A DNA stretch of 64,000 bases from a bacterium (GCA_043800725.1 JAZDMR010000009.1:26662-90661), one strand, 5' to 3'; shown: positions 1 through 10,311, numbered from the stretch's first letter. The notes: generated by a model not told the origin, from the letters alone. Translations and numbers: made by a program.

Positions 1-1
1 A

Positions 2-493
2 ATTTTACAAAAAGAATTTCCTATAACAGAAAGCATCACTAGGCCTGAATTGGAAACTTCTTTAGCTGTTCTGGGCGGAAAACTTCTAATTGAAAGTCTG
101 CCACAATATTTATCAAAACAAATATCTTCTAATCCCCAGCCAAATAGCTCCCAGCCAGCTACCAAGCGTATTTCAAGGGCTGATGGGCTGATTAATTGGA
201 ATAATTCAGCATTGTACATTTATCGTCAATTTCGCGCTTTTTACTCATGGCCAGGCATTTGGACAACATACCATAAAAAAATGCTTAAACTGACCAAAAT
301 AAGGCTGTCAGAGCACGGCATATCAGATCTCTCACCTGGAACAGTCTGGCAAAACCAAAAATCTCAGCTGTTTATCCAAACCGGTAAAAACTCTCTTGAA
401 ATTATCGAGATTCAGCTTGAAGGAAAAAAACCGGTCTCAGGCCAGGAATTTATAAACGGCTATCAAAACTTTATTGGCTCGCGTCTGGGTTAG
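2..493 (+). CDS. fmt: Methionyl-tRNA formyltransferase, C-terminal portion (gene begins upstream of window)
   Basis: Reading frame is open back to base 2. The translation (…SITRPELETSLAVLGGKLLIESL…YSWPGIWTTY…LKLTKIRL…IQLEGKKPVSGQEF) matches the Fmt C-terminal domain. ORF track lists 50..493. Confidence 0.65.
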   Translation: MLQKEFPITESITRPELETSLAVLGGKLLIESLPQYLSKQISSNPQPNSSQPATKRISRADGLINWNNSALYIYRQFRAFYSWPGIWTTYHKKMLKLTKIRLSEHGISDLSPGTVWQNQKSQLFIQTGKNSLEIIEIQLEGKKPVSGQEFINGYQNFIGSRLG

Positions 494-2003
494 CAGGCTG
501 CTTTGTTCTAATCTTTTTTGTTGGCCAAAATCCCAGATACTTGCCAAGCATCAGCCTGGTCTGGGCATCAATAGCCGGAATTGACCCGAAAGCAATGGTT
601 GTTATGGGAAATATCAGCCATTGCAAAGCCATTGATGACACTTTGAGTATTCCTTTATTTTTTACAGGCAAGATTATTATACTCAGCACGGCGCTGACCA
701 ATAATCCTATCATCGAAATTGTCAGCAGAATTTGCAGAGTATGAGGAGCATTCTGAAAAATTGTCGTTGACCTTTCCAGCTCAGGCGTAAACCACAATGG
801 CAAGTAGCCCAGCAGATAAATCAGAATCGGCGCGGTTGACCAGGAATACTCACCTTCCAATTGATTCCATAAATAGCGCAATCTCACTCGTTTGGTGATT
901 CTGGTATTTTTAAAATTCCAAATCATAAAGGGAAAATTCTCAATGCCGTAAGCCCATCTACGAATTTGCTTGTACTGATGTTCTATGGTTTGTCTTAAGC
1001 CTCGCCCTTGCACAGTATCCATGGAGATGGGCAAATAAATCGGGGTAATAGAATATTCGCCCTCGTAATAGACCAAACATTGCAAATAGATTCTTGAATC
1101 CTCGGTAACAATGTCATTTTGCCAAAAATCAACGTCCACCAATGCTTGGAAGCTCATACTGTGCGAGGAAAAAGTAAACATTCTTTCAGACCTGGCTGTT
1201 TCGGATAAAAGCCAAAAAGTAGTGCTGTTGGCGACTACTCTGGTAAAAAAGGGCGCCTCCCAGACATTATTTGTAAAAAGCGGTATTGGCTGATAGCTGT
1301 TTCTGGTAGGGTTGGGGCTGATTAAAAAATGGTAGGACAAACAGGCGAAATACTGAGAATGAACGCAGGAATCAACATCTAAGGAGGTGACTATCACGTC
1401 CTGATAACTGATCCCTTCTTGGTCAATAATTTCTTGGGCTTTTCTGCCGGCCCAGGTAATGTTCGAGCCTTTTCCCGCGATTTCTCCAGGCAGGTCTGCG
1501 GGATGATAAGTTACTAATAGTTTGCCGAAAGTGCTTGAATATCTCTTTTTTATCTGTTCAGCAATTGATCGTCCCTGTTCTCCGCTTCTTTCTTCTATCG
1601 CCAATACCACAAACAAACTTTTTAAAGGAACCGTGACTTTTGCTAAATAGTCAAAAGTGTTTTTTACAACTTCAAAATCATCCTGGAACGTAGGTATGAC
1701 AATCAAATGCTTTATTTTATCGAACCTGTCTTGGTATTCTTCTTTTTGGCATTTTTCTATCCAATTAACTTTATTTGCTTTTCTAAACCTAATAAAAGCG
1801 ATTATTACATAGCTTAAAATATAAATTATCCGTATTAACCAAAGAACATCAAAAATAATAATGATAATAATGGCCCAAATCGGCTTGATAATTATCAACA
1901 ATATCGCCACGGTAAAAGTCACCCAAATTAAAGCTCCGGGTATTATTTCATAAAACCGGTATTTTCTCCGCTCCTGGATAATGTTTTCCAATGATTTGGC
2001 CAC
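471..2003 (-). CDS. Family-2 glycosyltransferase, polytopic membrane protein
   Basis: 510 aa. Central GT-A like region (IVIPTFQDDFEVV…SLDVDS) flanked by multiple hydrophobic helices at both ends. Confidence 0.5.
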   Translation of the reverse strand: MAKSLENIIQERRKYRFYEIIPGALIWVTFTVAILLIIIKPIWAIIIIIIFDVLWLIRIIYILSYVIIAFIRFRKANKVNWIEKCQKEEYQDRFDKIKHLIVIPTFQDDFEVVKNTFDYLAKVTVPLKSLFVVLAIEERSGEQGRSIAEQIKKRYSSTFGKLLVTYHPADLPGEIAGKGSNITWAGRKAQEIIDQEGISYQDVIVTSLDVDSCVHSQYFACLSYHFLISPNPTRNSYQPIPLFTNNVWEAPFFTRVVANSTTFWLLSETARSERMFTFSSHSMSFQALVDVDFWQNDIVTEDSRIYLQCLVYYEGEYSITPIYLPISMDTVQGRGLRQTIEHQYKQIRRWAYGIENFPFMIWNFKNTRITKRVRLRYLWNQLEGEYSWSTAPILIYLLGYLPLWFTPELERSTTIFQNAPHTLQILLTISMIGLLVSAVLSIIILPVKNKGILKVSSMALQWLIFPITTIAFGSIPAIDAQTRLMLGKYLGFWPTKKIRTKQPANPDASQ

Positions 2004-2063
2004 GTTTTGTTCGAAATTAAGCTACCTCTTAACCGGCATTGTATTAGTTTAAGAGTTAATCGA

Positions 2064-3062
2064 TTAATAAGCTGTTTTTTGGCTGGTTACTTTTATGCTG
2101 GATTTTTTTGGAAAGCGCCTTATTATCCCCTGTTTGGCTCCAATATGTTGTATTACGGATTCAGAATTCTCTGTGCCAACTTGCAGTGAATATTTAATAT
2201 TTCCGGTTTTTATATAGGCTGCTAAAAAACCTGAACCAAAAGCATCTCCCGCTCCGGTGGCGTCAATCACCTTCACCGAGTGAATATTCGAATGATAGTG
2301 TTTTTTATTATCGCAAACAAATGCGCCTCTTTTTCCCGAAGTAATTACCACGATGCCAGGCAAATAGCAGCAAATGTTTTTTAATAATATTCGATCCTGC
2401 TTATTCATCAGCCCGGTTAAAACTCCCGCCTCCTGATCATTTAAAAACAGTATTGAAGTGTCTTTTAAAATACTTTTTAATTTATTTTTATTTGTTGTCA
2501 GCTCGGACATTCCGGGATTAAGAGCCACTGAAATATTATTCTTTTTTGCATAATCAATTATATACGATAAGGTCTTTATGTCACCGCCCAAAGAAGTAAT
2601 GTAAAACCATTTAGCGTGTATTTTGTTTATTGGAATATTTTTTATTGACATGTCTGAAGAAACTCCGCGATGAACCATGGCTGTTCTTTCACCTTTTCTG
2701 GTTAGTAATATTACCGTATAGCCGGCTTCTTTCTTGTCATCATGTGATACAAGACTTGTGTCAACTTTTTCCAATTCCAATCTTCGTAATATTTCTTTAC
2801 TTCGAATATCATTTTTTCCTAGTCGGCTAACAAAAGCTGTTTTATAGCCTAGTCTGGAAAAAGTTACCGCGCTATTGGTTGCTCCGCCTCCTGTATCAAA
2901 GGCAATATTCGTTATTTCTTTTTTTGATCCCAGCTCTAATCCGATAGCTTGTCCGGTAATAAATTTACTGCTCTTAACAACCTGAAAATCAGTGTCATAC
3001 ATAAAAACATCGCGGAAAGCATTCCCAAATGTTACAATGTCGTGTTTTTTTAATCTGACCAT
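2064..3062 (-). CDS. PfkB/ribokinase-family carbohydrate kinase
   Basis: 332 aa. N-terminal GG dipeptide motif (DTGGGATN) and C-terminal DATGAGDAFGSGFLAA ATP-binding motif typical of PfkB kinases. Confidence 0.75.
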   Translation of the reverse strand: MVRLKKHDIVTFGNAFRDVFMYDTDFQVVKSSKFITGQAIGLELGSKKEITNIAFDTGGGATNSAVTFSRLGYKTAFVSRLGKNDIRSKEILRRLELEKVDTSLVSHDDKKEAGYTVILLTRKGERTAMVHRGVSSDMSIKNIPINKIHAKWFYITSLGGDIKTLSYIIDYAKKNNISVALNPGMSELTTNKNKLKSILKDTSILFLNDQEAGVLTGLMNKQDRILLKNICCYLPGIVVITSGKRGAFVCDNKKHYHSNIHSVKVIDATGAGDAFGSGFLAAYIKTGNIKYSLQVGTENSESVIQHIGAKQGIIRRFPKKSSIKVTSQKTAY

Positions 3063-3183
3063 ATTTCTTCGTAAAATATCATTAAGTCATATTTTTAATA
3101 TATTAATTTGCCTTCAGTACAGGTTAATTTATTTTAGCATCATTAGACTCTATAGACAATTTAGTAGCACAGAATATAGAGTT

Positions 3184-3222
3184 AGAAAAAACACCGTTTC
3201 GCGTCGACTGACACGAAACGGT
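3184..3222 (-). terminator. Rho-independent terminator downstream of the 3245..3640 gene
   Basis: 9-bp perfect stem (ACCGTTTCG / CGAAACGGT at 3193-3201 and 3214-3222) followed on the minus strand by a U-run (plus-strand gaaaaaa at 3185-3190). Confidence 0.55.
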
Positions 3223-3244
3223 TCAACCACAGAACGGATTCGAC

Positions 3245-3640
3245 CTATCCTTCAGCAACTACCCAGAAAAGCTCACAGTACTGAGCCCATGATTTTTGGG
3301 CAGTTTTTATTTCAGTCGTTGTTTTTCCCGGAGCTACATAAAATGTTGGGAGCTTGCCTAAAACTCGCTTCGTTCTTCTTCTGAAATAACTGTTAATCAG
3401 TCTTGCCACTTTTTTAACAAGAAGAGGTGGTAATGGCACGTTCCGTCCTTCATCGCTTTCGATAATTCGATACAATGTAAAACGGTGTTCCGGCAGACAC
3501 CATTCTTCGCTAATATCCACCTTACCTTCAAGTCCAAACTTTTGAAAAACCAATTTGCACTCTTCAGAGAAATTACCCTTCTTTCTTATAAAGAACGATT
3601 GTAAGCCCATTCTTTCAAACAGACCACCAAATTTTAACAT
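3245..3640 (-). CDS. Hypothetical protein (131 aa), slightly GC-enriched
   Basis: Clean ORF with a downstream terminator hairpin. No recognisable motif. Confidence 0.35.
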   Translation of the reverse strand: MLKFGGLFERMGLQSFFIRKKGNFSEECKLVFQKFGLEGKVDISEEWCLPEHRFTLYRIIESDEGRNVPLPPLLVKKVARLINSYFRRRTKRVLGKLPTFYVAPGKTTTEIKTAQKSWAQYCELFWVVAEG

Positions 3641-3761
3641 TGTGCGATTCCTCCTCTTTCCCGCGAAGCCCTAAGTCGAGTAAACACTACAAATTACGTA
3701 TTTTACGGACAAGTCAATCTTTTTTAACTTTCTCTTGCTCAGTACCATTTTATACACACTT

Positions 3762-4088
3762 TTAACAGCTATTTATCAAATTAGGATGCATCATCTGCCT
3801 GCTCCAAGACGGCTTGAAAACAAGTCGAGTTTTTACATCCGCAACCCCTTCTATCTCTCTTATTTTTTTCTTTATCTCCCCTTCAAAAAAGGAGATAAGA
3901 GGGCAGCCTGGATAAGTTAAGGTAAAAGTTATCAGCCAATTGTTATTTTTTATTTCCTGAATCCCGTAAATCAGCCCGATATTAACAATATCAATATCAA
4001 GCTCTGGATCAATAATTTTAGATAATTGCGTTATAATTGCTTTTTTTTGGCTAAGATGATCAGTTTTCAATAACTGTTTCATGATCAT
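3762..4088 (-). CDS. DUF59/MIP18-family Fe-S cluster assembly protein (SufT-like)
   Basis: 108 aa. IIDPELDIDIVNIGLIYGI…TLTYPGCPL pattern characteristic of DUF59 metal-sulfur cluster biosynthesis proteins. Confidence 0.55.
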   Translation of the reverse strand: MIMKQLLKTDHLSQKKAIITQLSKIIDPELDIDIVNIGLIYGIQEIKNNNWLITFTLTYPGCPLISFFEGEIKKKIREIEGVADVKTRLVFKPSWSRQMMHPNLINSC

Positions 4089-4887
4089 GAATAAATATCC
4101 ATTGAGTTTCCAGGGAACGGCAGGCCCATTCTTGTGAGTTTTTTGGACCTGGCAACATTGGATAGGGCGGCGTGCAAGATACGGGCCTGTTTAATATTTT
4201 CAATTCCTGTCCCAGCTTATCGTAATATTTTATTTGGTTGTTTATTTGGCTGAAATAATATCTGCCGGCAATATTAACTTTTGATTTAATAATTACCGGG
4301 CCAACTGTCGGATCTAGATAGTATCTTATCTCTTTTGTTAAGTCATCAACTACTGTTTGTTTTAGCGGATAAATCGATGAAGCCATTAATGAGCCGCCAA
4401 ACCATAAAATTACGAATCCGAAAAATAGCGCTCCGCCGGCAAAAACTGACTTTGCAAAAATATGCTGTTTTTTGGTGGGCAAGGGTTGGCTTCTTCCCAA
4501 TACAAACATACTAATTAACAAAACACAGGCGATTCCGATTATCGACAGCCAATAATTAAGATAATAATATGGCCAGAAAAATAAGCTTAATAACACGGAA
4601 AACGGTGCCAGAGCAATTTGTCCGGGCTGTCTGTGCCTCACCCCGTATATGAAAAAAAACATTCCTTGGATAATAATGCTTCCAAAGATGACATACCAGC
4701 CCCAATCAGTTTCTGAATACTGTCCGATAATGTTCATAAACCAGGCCGCCAGAGCAAATAGTTGCGTGCTGAAAACTATTCTTTTCATCCGAAGATAGCC
4801 CAATAACTTCTGCTGTTCTTTCTTGTGTTGGCTTTCTTCTTTTTGACTTATGCTTCCTAATAAATTTTGATTGGTTGGTTCAGGCAT
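4060..4887 (-). CDS. Hypothetical polytopic membrane protein
   Basis: 275 aa with about 5 predicted TM helices and a Pro-rich C-terminus. No diagnostic motif. Confidence 0.4.
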   Translation of the reverse strand: MPEPTNQNLLGSISQKEESQHKKEQQKLLGYLRMKRIVFSTQLFALAAWFMNIIGQYSETDWGWYVIFGSIIIQGMFFFIYGVRHRQPGQIALAPFSVLLSLFFWPYYYLNYWLSIIGIACVLLISMFVLGRSQPLPTKKQHIFAKSVFAGGALFFGFVILWFGGSLMASSIYPLKQTVVDDLTKEIRYYLDPTVGPVIIKSKVNIAGRYYFSQINNQIKYYDKLGQELKILNRPVSCTPPYPMLPGPKNSQEWACRSLETQWIFIHDHETVIEN

Positions 4888-4909
4888 TTATTCACTAGAA
4901 ATCGGCTAA

Positions 4910-5524
4910 TTATTGAATTACAAATGATAGCTGATATGTTTCTTGCTCAGATACTTTTATCTCAACGTCATATTGTCCACCCTGTTTCGGATTTATTAAT
5001 CCAATATCTCCGCTTAATAAATCAACTGTCATTTCCTGAACAAGCTGATTGTTCGCCCGATTAACGGTTTTTATTATCATAGTTCCTTCTTGATTATTAT
5101 CCATCAATTCTATGGCCAGGATAATTTTACTCTCGATGGAAAATACGTTTTTATTTCCGGAACTTTGTCCCTTTACAAACTCAGAAAAATACAGCTCTTT
5201 TATTATTTTTACATATTTTGCTTGTTCTACCTCGTATATCTGCTGTCCGTATTCATCAAACTGCTGATCAGAGGGAAATGGTTCTTTTTCTTCTACCGCA
5301 TCCATATTGTTTTCTTCCTGTATCTCATCTTTCTGGCCTAAAACGATCTCAGTCCGGCTTTTTGTTGCCTTATTACTATTATTAGCTTCAATTTTTGATA
5401 TTTGTTGAGTTTTACTGTCCCGGTTGTTATCTGACTGATTTTTGTTAATTTTAAAGCTAATCAGTGTAATTATTACAACCAAGATGATGGGCAAAGAAAT
5501 TTTTATGATAGTAGAGTTCTTCAT
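4910..5524 (-). CDS. Hypothetical membrane-anchored/secreted protein
   Basis: 204 aa with an N-terminal signal-anchor (ISLPIILVVIITLISF) and a low-complexity N/Q/E-rich region. Confidence 0.4.
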   Translation of the reverse strand: MKNSTIIKISLPIILVVIITLISFKINKNQSDNNRDSKTQQISKIEANNSNKATKSRTEIVLGQKDEIQEENNMDAVEEKEPFPSDQQFDEYGQQIYEVEQAKYVKIIKELYFSEFVKGQSSGNKNVFSIESKIILAIELMDNNQEGTMIIKTVNRANNQLVQEMTVDLLSGDIGLINPKQGGQYDVEIKVSEQETYQLSFVIQ

Positions 5525-5584
5525 ACAATCTTAAACTATCAAAAAAGCCTCATTTGGGCAATTTTTCTTTAAATATTTATCTTT

Positions 5585-6499
5585 CTAAGTAAGCTTTTTT
5601 CTTTTGAGAAAGTAATAAGTAATCACCATAATAAAAACCAATAAACTGGATATTAGGAAGAAAGCTTTTGGCCGGTCAGCAAACGGCAAATCAATGTTCA
5701 TGCCAAAAAAATTAATAATCAAGCCGGGTACGATGGTTATCACAGAAATTACCGTTAAAGTTTTTATAATATCATTAAGCCTTTGGGAGATCAGTGTTTC
5801 ATTGGTTCTGTCCAGACCGGCAACCGTGTCTTTATAGCCATTTAAAATGCTCCATGTCCTTTCCAGGCCATCATGAATGTCATCGAAATAAACTGACAAT
5901 TCTGGACTGATAAATTCTTTATCTATTTTAACTAGCTTATCAATCACTCTTAACTGAGGCTCCAGCAGCCTTTGATAAGTTAAAATATTCCGCCTAACAA
6001 CTGACAAATCCATAGTTGCTCCCCGTTTGTTTTCTCTGAATACTTCTTCCTCAGAAATGGACAGTCTTTCACCGATTATATCAATAACCGGCTGGGAAGC
6101 GCCAAACATCTGGTCAAGTATTTTGTACAGTAAGTAGCCTGATGAATTTTGAAGAATATTGTATTCAGGATTTCTTTTTATTTTTTTCTTGTATTCATTG
6201 AAATACTCAGCCAGGCCATGATTCGGCTGATTGGTTAGAGTAATAATATATTCCGGCCCGATAAAAACATTTAGTTCTTGTATCCGAATGCGTCGCTGCT
6301 CCCTATCGTATTGCGGAAAATGCAGCACCACAAAAAGATAATCCTCGTAAATGTCGATTTTTGGCCTTTGGGTAATGCCGATGCAATCTTTTAAATCAAG
6401 AGGGTGAAAGTGATAATTTTCCTCTAAATATTCAACATCTTTATATGTTGTCTGCTCAATGTATACCCAGTCTAATTTTTTATAATTTACTTTTTCCAT
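5585..6499 (-). CDS. corA: CorA-family Mg2+/Co2+ transporter
   Basis: 304 aa. Two C-terminal TM helices with the signature GMN motif (FFGMNIDLPF). Confidence 0.8.
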   Translation of the reverse strand: MEKVNYKKLDWVYIEQTTYKDVEYLEENYHFHPLDLKDCIGITQRPKIDIYEDYLFVVLHFPQYDREQRRIRIQELNVFIGPEYIITLTNQPNHGLAEYFNEYKKKIKRNPEYNILQNSSGYLLYKILDQMFGASQPVIDIIGERLSISEEEVFRENKRGATMDLSVVRRNILTYQRLLEPQLRVIDKLVKIDKEFISPELSVYFDDIHDGLERTWSILNGYKDTVAGLDRTNETLISQRLNDIIKTLTVISVITIVPGLIINFFGMNIDLPFADRPKAFFLISSLLVFIMVITYYFLKRKKLT

Positions 6500-6644
6500 A
6501 AAATACGATTATTGCTATATAACGAATTTATCTCGCCCCCAATTCTGGCTGACGGGAGAGGGATTTTCCCGCACTTTATATTTTTTAATAGTTTGAGGGA
6601 TCTCGCTGCTATGCGGGAGAACCCCCTCTCTGTTATATTGTTAA

Positions 6645-6718
6645 TGGCTGCCGGGGAGGGATTTGAACCCCCGTACCCACCTCCAAAGGGTGGTGTCCTA
6701 CCGCTAGACGACCCGGCA
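6645..6718 (-). tRNA. tRNA-Gln (anticodon UUG)
   Basis: Minus-strand 74 nt: TGCCGGG-TC-GTC…GAC-CCACC-CTTTGGA-GGTGG-…GGGGGTTCAAATCCCTC-CCCGGCA-G-CCA. Has a 7-bp acceptor with U1:A72, a T-loop TTCAAAT, an anticodon loop CU-UUG-GA and an encoded CCA. Confidence 0.75.
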
Positions 6719-6904
6719 AAGCTGCATACGACACCGTACTATAACTGGCTTATTAATATTGGTCAACCCTGATCTTGCTATATTCTGCCCTGAACCGCAA
6801 CTTAACCCAAAATAATGTTCACTTCATCAGCGTAGCCGTAATCTTTCCAAGTCGTAGACTCAGAGAGACCACTGCTTCCGCGACATAAGATATCCCCTTT
6901 TTTA

Positions 6905-7828
6905 TTAAACCTGTATATACCGGCCTACAGCAATAGCCGCACTGATAGTGCTTAATAATATAGCGGAAATCGCCTGAAGTAGGATAATTTTTACCAAATT
7001 ATCGTTAAAATACTGTAAAAGAGAAAAGTCATACCCTCGGAAAAAATTATCAACCAAGGGCGCGGAGAAATTAATTGTCAGATAAAAAACCAGCGAAGTA
7101 ATCAGAGTGGCAGTAATAGCATAAATAATACTTTCGAAAATAAAGGGATATCTGACAAAAGAATTGGAAGCGCCCACTAATTTCATAATCCCGATTTCTT
7201 CGCGATGAGTGTAAATATTTATTCTCAGAGTGTTATAGATAACCATAAAAGCGATCAGCGCGAAAATGCCCACCAAAATAATGCCCAAGTTTTTTGTCTG
7301 GTCAATTATATTGGAAAGCCGCTGAATAACAATTTGTTTGCTTTCAAAATCCCTTTCTTTGTCCTGGATCAGCGGCCTGATCGAATCATTATCAAAAAAC
7401 TCCAAGATAGCCGGATAGTCGTCCAAGGTTTGCGCCTTGATTACCAGCACCGGCCCAAGCGGATTCAGGCCCAGTTCCTCCAATGATTCACGGATAATCG
7501 GATCGTCTGCGTTTTCTACTTTGAATTCCTCGTATGCCTCCTCAGCAGTTATTTTTCTGATATTCAATATTTCCGACCGAGTGGCCAGCTGTTCGACAAT
7601 CGAATCCAATTGTTCATTGGAGGTATTTTGTGTAAAAAATACCGCCACATCCACCTTTTCAACTATTGCCTCGACTGCTTGATTGCCCAAAGTTTGTACT
7701 GTGATCAGCAAGCTGAGCATGAATAAAGCCAGGGTCAGGATAATGACCGTCACTATGGACAACCAAGCATTCCGATAAAAACCCTGGAAGCCGAACTTAA
7801 TAACCCGTTTAATGTTCTGTATTATCAT
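6905..7828 (-). CDS. ftsX: Cell-division ABC transporter permease FtsX
   Basis: 307 aa with FtsX topology (N-terminal TM, large periplasmic loop, 3 C-terminal TMs). Immediately downstream of ftsE. Confidence 0.8.
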   Translation of the reverse strand: MIIQNIKRVIKFGFQGFYRNAWLSIVTVIILTLALFMLSLLITVQTLGNQAVEAIVEKVDVAVFFTQNTSNEQLDSIVEQLATRSEILNIRKITAEEAYEEFKVENADDPIIRESLEELGLNPLGPVLVIKAQTLDDYPAILEFFDNDSIRPLIQDKERDFESKQIVIQRLSNIIDQTKNLGIILVGIFALIAFMVIYNTLRINIYTHREEIGIMKLVGASNSFVRYPFIFESIIYAITATLITSLVFYLTINFSAPLVDNFFRGYDFSLLQYFNDNLVKIILLQAISAILLSTISAAIAVGRYIQV

Positions 7829-7835
7829 ATTATAA

Positions 7836-8516
7836 TTATAATAGATATTTGCCGGCTATTTGATCCATGGTGATCTCCCCGTGATCAATAGTAATTACTC
7901 TTTTCCTCAACGTGTTAACGATTTCACGATTATGCGTTACCAGGACAACAGTGGTTCCAAATTCGTTAATTTTTTTCAGTAGCGTAATAATTTCCTGGGC
8001 GTTGATCGAATCCAAGTTTCCGGTCGGTTCGTCAGCTACCAAAATTTTCGGCCGATGAACCAAGGATCTGGCAATAACGGCTCTTTGCTGTTCCCCTCCG
8101 GACACATGCTTGGGATATCTGTTCATTTTTGTTTCTAGGCCAACAATTTTAAAAACCTGCGGAACAATCGCCTGAATTTTCTTTTTGGGCTCTCCGGACA
8201 CCTCCAAAGCAAAGGCCACGTTTTCAAACAGCGTTTTTCTGGGTAATAATTTAAAATCCTGAAAAACCACTCCGATTTGGCGTCGAAGCAAAGGTATTTC
8301 ATTTTGCTTAATCTTGGTAATATCCCAGCCTCCGATGATTACTTTTCCTTTGCTAGGCCGCAGCTCGGCAATAATTAACTTGGCAATAGTTGTTTTGCCG
8401 GAACCTGACTGTCCCACCACGGAAACAAATTCACCAGGAGTAATATTCAGCGTTACATTTTTTATGCCTGCTATGTCGCTCGTGTATAATTTTGTAACGT
8501 TTTCGAATTTTATCAT
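7836..8516 (-). CDS. ftsE: Cell-division ATP-binding protein FtsE
   Basis: 226 aa. Walker A (GQSGSGKTT), ABC signature (LSGGEQQRAV), Walker B (ILVADEPTGNLD). Confidence 0.85.
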   Translation of the reverse strand: MIKFENVTKLYTSDIAGIKNVTLNITPGEFVSVVGQSGSGKTTIAKLIIAELRPSKGKVIIGGWDITKIKQNEIPLLRRQIGVVFQDFKLLPRKTLFENVAFALEVSGEPKKKIQAIVPQVFKIVGLETKMNRYPKHVSGGEQQRAVIARSLVHRPKILVADEPTGNLDSINAQEIITLLKKINEFGTTVVLVTHNREIVNTLRKRVITIDHGEITMDQIAGKYLL

Positions 8517-8660
8517 TATTTTTCCCCAACTATAGATTAACGCAAGTTAGCTATTTAGTCCATATATAGCACCTAAAAATTAGTGTTCGAGCGGAGTCGA
8601 GAATTCTAATTTTAGGCATATTTTAAGACAGGCTTCTCCACAAGGTCGAAGACTAATTGC

Positions 8661-10241
8661 CTATTGCTCCATGGCCCAATCACCCAAATCAATCATGTCC
8701 TGGTTTCGCGAGGAGCCTGTATGAGAGCCTAGAAGCACTACTATTCTTTGCTTATCGCCTGAGACAAACTTTAAGCCAAAAGTAGCCATATCAGTGCCTA
8801 AATACCCTGTTTTTCCGCCATAAATGGGCAATCCCTTGTCTAATATATGATTGGAATTCTTGAGCTCAATAATTCTTTCATGATCCGTACCAGTATTCGC
8901 GCTGATGCGATCATATTTAGTTATGCTCATTATTCTGATACCTTCCCTGGTCATCAAATAGTTAATCAATTTGGCCACATCTTTTGGCGTAGAAACATTG
9001 CCGGCATTAATTCCGGTGGTTTCTACAAACAAAGAATTAGTCATACCCAAGCGCCGAGCCGCGTCATTCATTCTGTCAACAAATTCTTGCTGGGTATAGC
9101 CTGAGGCTCTGACTAAAGTTTTGGTGATATTATTGGCCGAGTTAATCAAAACTGCTTTAAGAGCTTCGTCCACTGCTAGCCTGTCTCCTTGATTCATGGG
9201 GATGAAGCTTTCAATCGTGGTATTTACATTATCCGTTGATTCGTAAACAATCTCACTTTGATCATAGGGTATTAAGCTGGTCCCGCCCGGCGACTCAAGA
9301 AAAATTAACACAGTCATCAGCTTGGTAATGCTGGCAATCGGCACGGTTTGAGGATTTTTTTGATAAATAATCCTACCGTCTGTCGGATCATAAACCAGGG
9401 CTGAGCTGGCGGTTATGGCTGGCGCGTTACTAAGCACGTCGGTGGTTTCTGTTTGCGTTTCTTTCGTCTCATCTTTTGGCTCCACACGCACGGTGATAAT
9501 CCCCTCACCCAAACTTTCCAAGGCTAAAAAAGCATCACTGGATAAATCAATAATCCTTCCTTTAACAAACGGACCGATAGATACAATTTTAACTGTGACT
9601 GATTTTTGGTTTGCGGTGTTAGTCACTTTTACATATTCACTAATATTATAATTATTAGACGAGGCGGTCATGGGTCGATTGGCATCTCGATACCAGCTGG
9701 CATAGCCTTCTTGGTAGCCCACCTCTTCAAAAACCGCGATCTTGGAATAGGGCAAATGCGTAAAAGCTCTGACGCTGGAGATGTCTTTTATATCAACTGA
9801 GTACAGAGCAATCCATTTCTCTTTAATAGAATCCCAGTACCTAATTTGCCGATGATCAACACTGCCCGAATCGTACTTTAAAACCACAATTACTTCCTTG
9901 GCAAATATCTTGATCGGATCTGTCAGAATATCAAACTCATACAAAGGACTGACCATTTTCAAATCTTCCGGAATAGGAATTTCTTCATTAATCTGCTTCA
10001 GGGTAATCAGTGCCGGCCGATCCAGCACATTGGGAAATATGCCCATGATTAAATTTTCTGACGGGGTTTTAATAGTGTATCCCTTTTCTACAGTCGCCTG
10101 ATCCAGGTGCAGCTGAATTAAATCAGAATCAACGGCTTGAGCTGTTTGTGCGTTAAATATGGCTACTAAAACTAATAACATCCCCAGGGCAGGGGCTGTA
10201 ATCTTGGTCATTTTTAACATGTTATTTGCGTGTTTTTTCAA
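8661..10241 (-). CDS. Serine-type D-Ala-D-Ala carboxypeptidase (S11) with an N-terminal RlpA-like DPBB domain
   Basis: 526 aa with a signal peptide. Central GYASWYRDANRPMTASS…VKVTN…RIIDLSSDAF matches the RlpA double-psi beta-barrel hallmark. C-terminal SITK (SxxK), SANN (SxN) and KTG motifs match an S11 DD-carboxypeptidase. Confidence 0.65.
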   Translation of the reverse strand: MKKHANNMLKMTKITAPALGMLLVLVAIFNAQTAQAVDSDLIQLHLDQATVEKGYTIKTPSENLIMGIFPNVLDRPALITLKQINEEIPIPEDLKMVSPLYEFDILTDPIKIFAKEVIVVLKYDSGSVDHRQIRYWDSIKEKWIALYSVDIKDISSVRAFTHLPYSKIAVFEEVGYQEGYASWYRDANRPMTASSNNYNISEYVKVTNTANQKSVTVKIVSIGPFVKGRIIDLSSDAFLALESLGEGIITVRVEPKDETKETQTETTDVLSNAPAITASSALVYDPTDGRIIYQKNPQTVPIASITKLMTVLIFLESPGGTSLIPYDQSEIVYESTDNVNTTIESFIPMNQGDRLAVDEALKAVLINSANNITKTLVRASGYTQQEFVDRMNDAARRLGMTNSLFVETTGINAGNVSTPKDVAKLINYLMTREGIRIMSITKYDRISANTGTDHERIIELKNSNHILDKGLPIYGGKTGYLGTDMATFGLKFVSGDKQRIVVLLGSHTGSSRNQDMIDLGDWAMEQ

Positions 10242-10282
10242 GTATGATGGTTATTTGTCAGTACGGATAAGGTTAGCATATT

Positions 10283-10311
10283 TTGGATATATTTCAATAT
10301 CACTATTATAA
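10283..10311 (+). promoter_or_regulatory. Candidate sigma70-type promoter (TTGGAT-17-TTATAA) in a 445-bp intergenic region
   Basis: Found by eye. There is no plus-strand CDS downstream; a plus-strand terminator lies about 190 nt further on. Confidence 0.3.

Noticed and set aside
3245-3640. Possible mobile-element ORF (homing endonuclease) suggested by mild GC enrichment and flanking hairpins
   Set aside because: There are no GIY-YIG, HNH or LAGLIDADG motifs. The hairpin downstream is an ordinary terminator. Left as hypothetical protein.
6512-6772. 86-aa plus-strand ORF
   Set aside because: It overlaps the tRNA-Gln gene on the opposite strand. Spurious.
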